From Gammaproteobacteria bacterium (lineage in GTDB: Bacteria; Pseudomonadota; Gammaproteobacteria; SZUA-140), in contig JADJQS010000008.1 in the NCBI GenBank assembly GCA_016712635.1, positions 139,268 through 203,267 on the forward strand: a stretch of 64,000 nucleotides of DNA, given 5' to 3'. A model generated the notes under the pieces. That model saw nothing but the letters and a program-made list of their open reading frames with translations. It was not told the origin of the DNA and did not search any database. Position numbers and translations under genes: made by a program. This document shows positions 10,770 through 19,678 of the stretch, one piece after another; position 1 is the stretch's first letter; every line of letters begins with the position of its first letter.

Positions 10770-11699
10770 ATGAATCGCAAATATATAGCTTTGGCGATGG
10801 CGTCCGCGGGAGGGTTGCTGATTTCGGGTTCAGCCCTGGCGGGTTCCGCCGCAGCACACAATGCACCATTGAGCTTTGACCAGTACTCGGTCACCAACGG
10901 CACCATCACCGATACCTCGGTTGAGTGCGCCTCCACGTGGACCTGCGTGTCCCTGGATGCCACCAGCCCCGGTTTGCTGATGCAGCAGGTCACCGATCCG
11001 GGTAACGGCGTCTCCTTCATCCGCACCATCGTGGTGGAAGAGAACGCGAACGGCACGACGGCTGCGGGCCTGACGTTCTGGCAGGAAGCCCAGACGTATG
11101 CCAGCGGTGTCCTCAACAACAACATTGCCTTGACACAGGGAATTGTGGATGGCGGCATGGACTTCCGCGTCGACATTTACGAGCAGGCCTTCCGTACGGA
11201 CGGGGATATCTCCATCCCGACCAGCGGCGGCGGCGGCGCGGAGATGTACATGAACCAGACGATCGCCACGGCCGGTCAGACCTTCCAGCAGGATGGCGTG
11301 AACGGCAACGCGCGTCAGCGCATCGACCAGGTCCAGGGCACCAACCCGGGCAAGTTCACCTATGCCTCCATCGACGGCGCGGCGTTCATGCCGACCGTGG
11401 GCGGTACGCTGGGTGGCACGGTGATGCCGGCGCTGGCCTATGCCTCGACGGACGGCATCAGCGTGGTGTGGATCGGTGCGGATCAGCCGGGTAACTACGC
11501 GGCCTCGCTGCGTCAGTTCGGTTACCAGGAATTCCGCAACTGGGGTTCGATCGCGGTGACCGCTCCGGGCACCAACGTCGCGGCCGGCTCCTCGAGCTAC
11601 ATGGCGCAGGGCCCTCTGGGCCAGTTCACCGCCAACGGCTCGTGGGACTGGGATGCGGCGCTGTGGGATCTGGGCGCTGCGCCCTCCGGCCCGCCCTGA
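10770..11699 (+). CDS. secreted Gly/Thr-rich protein, paralog B (signal MNRKYIALAMASAGGLLISGSALA)
   Basis: RBS AGGAGAG. Shares YSVTNGTITDT...SLDATSPGLLMQQVTDPGNGVSFIRTIVVEE and a ...SVVWIG segment with paralog A. Confidence 0.7.
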   Translation: MNRKYIALAMASAGGLLISGSALAGSAAAHNAPLSFDQYSVTNGTITDTSVECASTWTCVSLDATSPGLLMQQVTDPGNGVSFIRTIVVEENANGTTAAGLTFWQEAQTYASGVLNNNIALTQGIVDGGMDFRVDIYEQAFRTDGDISIPTSGGGGAEMYMNQTIATAGQTFQQDGVNGNARQRIDQVQGTNPGKFTYASIDGAAFMPTVGGTLGGTVMPALAYASTDGISVVWIGADQPGNYAASLRQFGYQEFRNWGSIAVTAPGTNVAAGSSSYMAQGPLGQFTANGSWDWDAALWDLGAAPSGPP

Positions 11700-11787
11700 T
11701 CGTAGTTTTGTAGCAGTACGGGTCGCAGTCTGACCCAGGATATATCATCCCAAAGATATATCCGCGTTAGTGGTAGCAACGTCAGTT

Positions 11788-11815
11788 AGGGGGGGCATTG
11801 CCCCCCCTTTTTTTG
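11788..11815 (+). terminator. rho-independent terminator (AGGGGGGGcattgCCCCCCCTTTTTTT)
   Basis: Perfect G7/C7 stem followed by a T-run, directly after the paralog B stop. Confidence 0.8.
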
Positions 11816-12015
11816 TTTCCGGTTTCCTGCGACTTACCGAAATCCTCCAGATGCACCGGGCTGAAACGGGGTGCGATCCTCCATTCTGCGCATCGAGGTA
11901 ATGGGGAGGATAAGTATCTATCCCGTCAGGACCGGCGCGTGCAATACCGTTCGAAGCGGCCTGGATGACGGCTTCTCCGGCTCATGTGAGCGATACGACT
12001 GGCTCGCGGGTTGAT

Positions 12016-12297
12016 TTACAGACGCAGCAGATTCAGTATGCGCAAGCCGCCGCCTTCAATGACCTCGTAGGATACTTCCACCATATCGTTGACCGAGAGA
12101 GGGATCAGTGATTCCCGGGATGCGATGAAACGGATCGGCGCTTGCGACTCGGCGTCAAGGATGACGAAGGTGTTGCCGGCCCGGTCGATGGACACGATGT
12201 TGCCCATATGCATATTCTCGCCCAGGCTGTCGCAGGCGTTCGCCGGACCTGAAGCAAGCAGGACGGCGGATAACAGTGCAGCAGTTGAATATTTCAT
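12016..12297 (-). CDS. small periplasmic protein (signal peptide), possibly CusF-like / stress-response β-barrel
   Basis: MKYSTAALLSAVLLASGPANA signal. Strong SD (GGAGGA) 7 nt upstream of the ATG. Contains an MHM motif. Divergent from a BaeSR-like two-component system. Confidence 0.6.
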   Translation of the reverse strand: MKYSTAALLSAVLLASGPANACDSLGENMHMGNIVSIDRAGNTFVILDAESQAPIRFIASRESLIPLSVNDMVEVSYEVIEGGGLRILNLLRL

Positions 12298-12507
12298 GAC
12301 TTGATCCTCCATGGGTTGGCCCGGTCTGCCCCAGATTAACCCCATGGAGCATCATTCGCCAAGCCGCTGCGCCATCTCTATGGCGTTCCAGGTGGCGGTT
12401 CAATAAACTGATGCCATGTACGTGAAATCGCACGCCGCGTGTCTGCATCTGGCGCCGTATCGGCGTGCGCACCTCATTGGATACCCGCGCCTTTCCTGCA
12501 AGCGTGT

Positions 12508-13956
12508 ATGAATCTGTCGATACGGCATAAGATCTTCCTGATATTGCTGTTATCGATCGGTCTCGTGGTGACGAGCATGACGGTGCTGATGACCTGGTCG
12601 CTGGAGCAGGTATTCGTACGCTTCATCGATGGTCAACAGCAGACGAGGATTCAAGGCATCGCGCAGCGCATCGAGAGGGAATACATCGAGGGTAGCGGCT
12701 GGGAGCGTCTCGATGAGAATCAGCTTCTGTGGGCGCAAATGCTGCTCGGGAACATCGATAATACGGTACAGCACCGTCCCGAGCTGTTCACGCCATCATC
12801 CACAGGGCACGCCGAGATCGTCCGGGACCGTGATCTGCTGCTGGCCCAAATCAAGCTTACCGAAGGCGGCTTTCTGCAGGCGGACCGCCGGGTCATGCTG
12901 CTCGACGCGGACAAATCGATCATCTACGGCGAGCCCGAGCTGGCGGACCTGCTTACCCTGCGTCCGATCACCGTCGACAAGCGCACCGTCGGCTACCTCG
13001 GAGTACTGCCCGGACCGTCGCTGGCGGACCTGAGCGCAGCCCATATACTCGACCAGCAGACCGACGCCTTCGCGTTCATTGCGCTGACGGTGATGCTGGT
13101 ATCCGCGCTGCTGGCCTACGCGTTTGCGGACCGCCTGATACAGCCATTGCGCGCCATTACCGAAGGTTCGCACGCCCTGGCGGCCGGGCATTACGATTCA
13201 CGCGTCCCGGTCCGGGGTTCGGATGAGCTGGGCCGGCTCGCACGGGATTTCAACAGCCTCGCCGAGGCGTTGCAGCACAACGAAGGGATACGCCGCCAAT
13301 GGGTTGCGGACATCTCGCACGAAATACGCACGCCGCTGGCTGTATTGCGCGGGGAACTCGAGGCCCTGCAGGACGGCGTGCGGTCACTGGATAGCAAGGC
13401 GGTCAATTCCCTGCATGGGGAAATCCTGCGCCTTAATCGCCTGGTGGACGATCTTTACGAGCTGTCCATGACCGATCTCGGCGCCTTGCAGTACCGCAAG
13501 ACCTTGGTGGATCCCGTCGCCATCCTGCTCGACGACCTCAAGTCGCACACCGAAGAGTTCCGCGCCGTCAATATCGATGTCACGCTGGAGAACCGGCTTG
13601 CCGAGGCAATATCCCTCAGCGCGGACCCGGACAGGCTGGAACAGCTGTTCTACAACCTGCTGGGCAATACGCTGCGCTATACGGACGCCGGTGGCCGCCT
13701 GCTGATCCGGGTGAGCCGGGACGAGCAGCAACTGATCCTGGATTTCATGGATTCCGCGCCGGGTGTTCCGGAGGAGGATATGCCGCGCCTGTTCGACCGG
13801 CTTTACCGCGTCGAGTCCTCCCGCAGCCGTGCCTTCGGCGGTGCGGGACTCGGGCTGGCCATTTGTCGTAATATCGTGCATGCCCATGGCGGGACCATCT
13901 CCGCGCAGACTTCCAGCCTGGGCGGACTGTGGGTGCGTGTCACGCTGCCTCTGTAG
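12508..13956 (+). CDS. two-component sensor histidine kinase, BaeS-like
   Basis: N-terminal TM region, HAMP, and an H-box VADISHEIRTPLAVLRGELEALQDGVR that closely resembles BaeS. HATPase motifs are present (GAGLGLAICRNIV). Confidence 0.85.
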   Translation: MNLSIRHKIFLILLLSIGLVVTSMTVLMTWSLEQVFVRFIDGQQQTRIQGIAQRIEREYIEGSGWERLDENQLLWAQMLLGNIDNTVQHRPELFTPSSTGHAEIVRDRDLLLAQIKLTEGGFLQADRRVMLLDADKSIIYGEPELADLLTLRPITVDKRTVGYLGVLPGPSLADLSAAHILDQQTDAFAFIALTVMLVSALLAYAFADRLIQPLRAITEGSHALAAGHYDSRVPVRGSDELGRLARDFNSLAEALQHNEGIRRQWVADISHEIRTPLAVLRGELEALQDGVRSLDSKAVNSLHGEILRLNRLVDDLYELSMTDLGALQYRKTLVDPVAILLDDLKSHTEEFRAVNIDVTLENRLAEAISLSADPDRLEQLFYNLLGNTLRYTDAGGRLLIRVSRDEQQLILDFMDSAPGVPEEDMPRLFDRLYRVESSRSRAFGGAGLGLAICRNIVHAHGGTISAQTSSLGGLWVRVTLPL

Positions 13957-13968
13957 GAAAGGATCGAA

Positions 13969-14715
13969 ATGAATGACGTGAGCTCTCAACGGATACTGGT
14001 GGTCGAGGACGAGGACAAGCTGCTTCAGCTGCTGCAGGACTATCTCGCCGACGCCGGGTTCACCCCGTCCGGGCTCAGGGACGGCAAGAAGGTGATCCCG
14101 TGGGTGCGCGAGCACAAGCCGGATCTCATCCTGCTGGACATCATGCTTCCCGGCCAGGACGGCCTGGAGATCTGCCGGGCGATACGCTCCTTCAGCCAGG
14201 TGCCGATCATCTTCATCACCGCGCGGGTGGAGGAGATCGACCGCCTGCTGGGACTGGAACTGGGCGGGGACGACTATATCTGCAAGCCGTTCAGCCCGCG
14301 CGAAGCCATCGCGCGCATCAAGGCGGTACTGCGGCGGCTGGCGGCCGCGGAGCATCCCGCCGCCTCTTCCGGAAATATATTGTCGCTGGACCTGAACAGC
14401 CACCGTGTCTGGGCGGGAGAGCGCAGCGTGGTGCTCACCACGGTCGAGTTCAAGCTGCTGGAGACCCTCCATCGCGAACCGGGCCGGATATATTCCCGCG
14501 CGTACCTGATGGATCGCATCTACCAGGACAGCCGAATCGTTTCCGACCGCACGATCGACAGCCATATCAAAAAGCTGCGGAAAAAACTCGCAGCCCTGAT
14601 CCCCGACATGGAGATCATCCACTCGGTGTACGGCGCGGGATATCGTTACGAGCCCGTAGCTTCCGCGGGGGATACATCCACAAATCACAAGGATACAGCC
14701 GAGGTTTCACGATAG
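13969..14715 (+). CDS. OmpR-family response regulator, BaeR-like
   Basis: RILVVEDEDKLL...LILLDIMLPGQDGLEICRAIR...ICKPFSPREAIARIKAVLRR plus a winged-helix C-terminus. Confidence 0.88.
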   Translation: MNDVSSQRILVVEDEDKLLQLLQDYLADAGFTPSGLRDGKKVIPWVREHKPDLILLDIMLPGQDGLEICRAIRSFSQVPIIFITARVEEIDRLLGLELGGDDYICKPFSPREAIARIKAVLRRLAAAEHPAASSGNILSLDLNSHRVWAGERSVVLTTVEFKLLETLHREPGRIYSRAYLMDRIYQDSRIVSDRTIDSHIKKLRKKLAALIPDMEIIHSVYGAGYRYEPVASAGDTSTNHKDTAEVSR

Positions 14716-14889
14716 TTACCGATTCTTTCCCGAATTCATGCGCAGTCCGCCCGCATCCTTGCACTGGTCACGGCGGACGCCATTCGACCTGCGACTCACG
14801 ACGAGTCATCGTCAATCCCTCTGAGGGCAGCTCACCGATTGTCCGCCTGAACATCCCAGCAACCGCGTCAGTAGAGCGGGGATCAGGCC

Positions 14890-15516
14890 ATGATCGATTA
14901 CAACCGGCGGCTTCTGTTCGTCCATATCGCCAGGACCGGCGGCACGAGCATCGAAACCGTGTTCGCCGGCATCGACTGGTGCCATATCGATCTGCCGACG
15001 AAGCACCTGTCCGCCGCGCAGGCGCGCGCCTGCTACGGTGAGGAAATCTGGAACAGCTTCACCAAGTTCACCGTGGTGAGAAATCCCTGGGACAGGCTGG
15101 TGTCCATGCGGGCGGCGGGATCATGGTGCTTCGATGAGCGGTGCGCCCGGGGCTGTGACATGAAGGCATTCCTGGAGCAGCTCAGGCCGCATCCGAACGA
15201 GAGGTATCAATCGCTTTTCTATCACGAGGTGATTGATGAAAAACTGGACCACGTGCTCCGCCATGAATCCCTGCAGCAGGATCTGTCGCGCATGTTGATG
15301 GGCCGGGGGCTCGCGCCCGTCGTCCTGCCGCATGTGGAGGCCACGCGCAGGGAACACTACAGCCGCTATTACACGCCGGAGTCGGCGAAGATGGTCAGGA
15401 CGATGTTCAGGACGGACATCGACGACTACGGTTACCGCTTTGAGCTGGCCACTTTCGCGCGGGACGCCGCCAGCGGTCCCCTGTCACGGTATCCCGGCAT
15501 GCTCTCGGGCGCCTGA
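14890..15516 (+). CDS. sulfotransferase family protein
   Basis: LLFVHIARTGGTSIE (PAPS-binding 5'PSB-like motif) and RNPWDRLVSM (3'PB motif), characteristic of the sulfotransferase family 2/3. Confidence 0.65.
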   Translation: MIDYNRRLLFVHIARTGGTSIETVFAGIDWCHIDLPTKHLSAAQARACYGEEIWNSFTKFTVVRNPWDRLVSMRAAGSWCFDERCARGCDMKAFLEQLRPHPNERYQSLFYHEVIDEKLDHVLRHESLQQDLSRMLMGRGLAPVVLPHVEATRREHYSRYYTPESAKMVRTMFRTDIDDYGYRFELATFARDAASGPLSRYPGMLSGA

Positions 15517-15582
15517 CCGCGCCTCTCACCGTCGATCTCCCTCAGAATCATTTACAGGCAACGGTGCGCAATTTAGCAAGGG

Positions 15583-16566
<984 letters not shown>

Positions 16567-16684
16567 TCATTCTACTCCGCCGTTTCTTGACAGCCTATAG
16601 GTCGGGTGATAGTTTGCCAATAAAAACGAGACCTTGGCGATATCCGCCGAGCGTTTCCCAGACCTCCCGATGTGTGCGCATGGC

Positions 16685-17146
16685 ATGTTCGCAACGATGA
16701 TCAGGATTGCCGGTTTCGCCGTCCTCGCGGCGATTGGCCTGGCGGGCTGTGCCACTGCGCCGATGCAGGAGATGAGTGACGCCCGCCAGTCGGTGCAGGC
16801 CGCGCACGAGGCCGGCGCCCGCGACTACGCCTCCCACAACCTCCGCATCGCCGCCGAATACCTGGAAGAGGCCGAACGCGAACTCGAGCTGCGCTATTTC
16901 AGCCGCGCGCGGCACGACGCCGTGGTGGCCAGGAGCGAGGCGCAGAAGGCGCGCAACGTCACCCTCGCCATCCGTGAGGCCGAGGGCGAGATCGACCGAT
17001 CCGGCGCCTCAGAGGACGTGGTGCGGCAGGCCACCGACCTGCTGCTCGACGCGATGCAGGCGGCTGTCGAGGGCAAGGACAAGAAGGCCATCCGCCTCGC
17101 CGACGAGGCCAGGACCCTGCTGCAACAGCCTGCTGCCGCGCCCTGA
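16685..17146 (+). CDS. DUF4398-like lipoprotein
   Basis: Signal + lipobox (AIGLAGCATAP) and a coiled Ala/Glu-rich body. The start was chosen at the internal Met before the signal peptide. Confidence 0.6.
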   Translation: MFATMIRIAGFAVLAAIGLAGCATAPMQEMSDARQSVQAAHEAGARDYASHNLRIAAEYLEEAERELELRYFSRARHDAVVARSEAQKARNVTLAIREAEGEIDRSGASEDVVRQATDLLLDAMQAAVEGKDKKAIRLADEARTLLQQPAAAP

Positions 17147-17154
17147 TCTCGCGG

Positions 17155-17718
17155 ATGAAGCGCATCGAGCGGATCTTTGAAGGGGCGCTGTGGAACAGCC
17201 GCTACATCGTGCTGCTGGCGGTGATCTCCAGCCTGCTGGCCGGCGTCGCGATGTTCTACATGGCCACCATCGACGCCGTCTTCATGCTGGCGCACCTGGG
17301 CGACTACGCCTCGCCCGCGCTCGAGGACGACGCGCGCAGCGAGCTGCGCGGCGCCGCCATCACCCATGTGGTCGAGATCGTGGACGGTTACCTGCTGGCG
17401 ACGGTGATGCTGATCTTCGCGCTCGGCCTGTACGAGCTGTTCATCAGCAAGATCGACCAGGCGACGCACGCGGAGAATTCCTCCAACGTGCTGCTGATCG
17501 ACAGCCTGGACGACCTCAAGGCCCGCCTCGCCAAGGTGATCCTGATGATCCTCATCGTGAAGTACTTCGAGCATGCGATCGCGATGGAATTCGAGTCCCC
17601 GCTCGACCTGCTCTATCTGGCCGGCGGCATCACCCTGATCGGCCTTGCCCTGTATCTGACGCACGCCGGCGAACACAAGGACGGGGCGTCCGCGGACCGG
17701 TCCGGCGCCGCGCACTAG
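17155..17718 (+). CDS. YqhA-family (UPF0114) inner-membrane protein
   Basis: MKRIERIFEGALWNSRYIVLLAVISSLLAG... has the same architecture as E. coli YqhA. Confidence 0.8.
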   Translation: MKRIERIFEGALWNSRYIVLLAVISSLLAGVAMFYMATIDAVFMLAHLGDYASPALEDDARSELRGAAITHVVEIVDGYLLATVMLIFALGLYELFISKIDQATHAENSSNVLLIDSLDDLKARLAKVILMILIVKYFEHAIAMEFESPLDLLYLAGGITLIGLALYLTHAGEHKDGASADRSGAAH

Positions 17719-17728
17719 GCGCCGCGGC

Positions 17729-19126
17729 CTAGTCGATACGACCGTCGCGCGCCGCCTTCAGCACCAGCGCGTCGAACTCCTCCGCCGACAGCAGCCCGCG
17801 TTCCGCCACCAACTCGCGCACCGGGCGTCCGCTCTGCTCCGAGGCCTTGGCCACCTCGGCCGCAGCCGCGTAGCCGATGCGCGTATTGAGCAGCGTGGCG
17901 AGGCCGACGCTGGCGTGGAGGAATTCCCGGCAGCGCTCGCGGTCCACGCGCAATCCCTTCAGGTTGCGTTCCGTCGCGGCTCTGATCGCGTTCGTCAGCC
18001 AGTCCATCGCGTCGAACAGGGCCGAGCCCAGCGCCGGCATCATCACGTTCAGTTCGAGCTGGCCGGCCTGCGTCATCGCCGCCACCGCGGCATCCTGGCC
18101 CAGGACCTGGTAGCACACCTGGTTCAGCATCTCGAACATCACCGGATTGACCTTGCCGGGCATGATGCTCGAGCCGGGCTGCACCGCCGGCAGCACGATC
18201 TCGCCCAGGCCGGTGCGCGGGCCGGAGGCGAGCAGGCGCATGTCGTTGGCGATGCGCGTCAGCTCCAGCGCGAGGTCACGGATGGCGGAGGACAGCTGCT
18301 GCACGTCGTACATCGACTGCATCTGCGCGGCGAGGTCGGCTGCCGGGCGGATGGGCTCGCCGGTCAGGCGCGCCAGTTCGGCGGCGACGTTGGCGACATA
18401 ACCGGGCGCGGTATTGAGGCCGGTGCCGGCGGCGCTGCCCCCGAGACCGATCTCGCACAGCAGCGGGCGCACGGCCTCGATCCGGCCTGCGCAGCGGCGC
18501 AGCGTCCACGCGTAGGCGGCGAATTCGCGTCCCAGCGTGGTCGGTACCGCATCCTGCAGGTGGGTGCGGCCGCTCTTGACGGTATCTCCTTCGCGCGCCG
18601 CAATTGCAGCATATTCGTCCGCCATCGCGCGCACCGCCGCGCACAGGCGCGGCAGCTTGGCGAGCGCCGCGAGACGGATGGCGGTCGGGATGGTGTCATT
18701 GGTGCTCTGGCCCATGTTGACGTGGTCGTTGGGGTGCACCGGCCGGTATTCGCCGCGCTTGCCGCCGAGCGCGACGCTGGCCAGGTTCGCGATCACCTCG
18801 TTGCTGTTCATGTTGTGGCTGGTGCCGGCGCCGGCCTGGAAGCGGTCGACGACGAACTGGTCGATAAACTCGCCGGCCAGGATGCGGTCGGCGGCGGTGA
18901 TGATCGCCGCGGCGAGTGTGTCGTCGAGCCAGCCCGCCTGCCGGTTGGCGGCCGCCGCGGCGCGCTTGATGCGTACGTGGGCGAGCACGAAGTCGCGGTC
19001 CGGGCGCCTGCCGCTGATCGGAAAGTTGTCCACCGCACGCTGGGTCTGGATGCCGTACCAGGCGCCGTCGTGGACCCGGATCTCGCCCAGGCTGTCTTTT
19101 TCGTTGCGAAACGTGCCGCTGCTCAT
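17729..19126 (-). CDS. aspA: aspartate ammonia-lyase (class II fumarase/aspartase family)
   Basis: GSSIMPGKVNPVMFEMLNQVCYQVLG signature. C-terminal ...ERGLLSAEEFDAL and the QTQRA N-terminal motif fit AspA better than FumC. The ORF-track start at 19306 is probably an over-extension; the start is taken at MSSGTFRNEKDS. Confidence 0.8.
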   Translation of the reverse strand: MSSGTFRNEKDSLGEIRVHDGAWYGIQTQRAVDNFPISGRRPDRDFVLAHVRIKRAAAAANRQAGWLDDTLAAAIITAADRILAGEFIDQFVVDRFQAGAGTSHNMNSNEVIANLASVALGGKRGEYRPVHPNDHVNMGQSTNDTIPTAIRLAALAKLPRLCAAVRAMADEYAAIAAREGDTVKSGRTHLQDAVPTTLGREFAAYAWTLRRCAGRIEAVRPLLCEIGLGGSAAGTGLNTAPGYVANVAAELARLTGEPIRPAADLAAQMQSMYDVQQLSSAIRDLALELTRIANDMRLLASGPRTGLGEIVLPAVQPGSSIMPGKVNPVMFEMLNQVCYQVLGQDAAVAAMTQAGQLELNVMMPALGSALFDAMDWLTNAIRAATERNLKGLRVDRERCREFLHASVGLATLLNTRIGYAAAAEVAKASEQSGRPVRELVAERGLLSAEEFDALVLKAARDGRID

Positions 19127-19277
19127 GCTGTCGCCTTCTGCCGGATGATATGGGAATGAGACGGGCGCGGACGCTGGCCGCGCCGCCGCGTATACTGGCG
19201 GTGCAATGGGGCAGATATTACGTGACGGCCGCATGCATGAAAAGCCGTTTCCCGCGCGGCGCGCGCAGGTTCCCGCC

Positions 19278-19562
19278 ATGACACAGACGACCATGGTTCC
19301 ATGCATCCGCTGCCAGGTTTCCGGGCGCGTGCAGGGCGTGTACTACCGCGCCGCGACCCGGCGCCAGGCGCAGGCGCTCGGACTGACCGGCTGGGTGCGC
19401 AACCTGCCCGACGGCCGCGTCGAGCTGGTCGCGATGGGGGATGAGCGCCGCTTGCACGAGCTGCGCGACTGGCTGTGGCAGGGCCCGCCGCGCGCCGAGG
19501 TCGTCGCCGTGGAGTGCGCGCGCGCGGAGCATCCGCCGCTGCCGCAGTTCGAGGTCAGGTGA
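19278..19562 (+). CDS. acyP: acylphosphatase
   Basis: VQGVYYRAATRRQAQALGLTGWVRNLPDGRVELVAMG matches the acylphosphatase signature. Confidence 0.85.
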   Translation: MTQTTMVPCIRCQVSGRVQGVYYRAATRRQAQALGLTGWVRNLPDGRVELVAMGDERRLHELRDWLWQGPPRAEVVAVECARAEHPPLPQFEVR

Positions 19563-19583
19563 GACGGTGACGGGAAAGAAATG

Positions 19584-19666
19584 GGGACAGATTTATTACC
19601 CTCGGACGGGGACAGATTTATAAATCTGTCCCCTATACCGCTTCCGGGGAAAATAAATCTGTCCCC
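19584..19666. repeat. REP-like palindromic element cluster (half unit, full unit GGGGACAGATTTATAAATCTGTCCCC at 19608-19633, half unit)
   Basis: A perfect 26-bp palindrome with flanking half-sites. Member of the dispersed family (see findings). Confidence 0.85.
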
Positions 19667-19678
19667 ATTTTTAGATGA

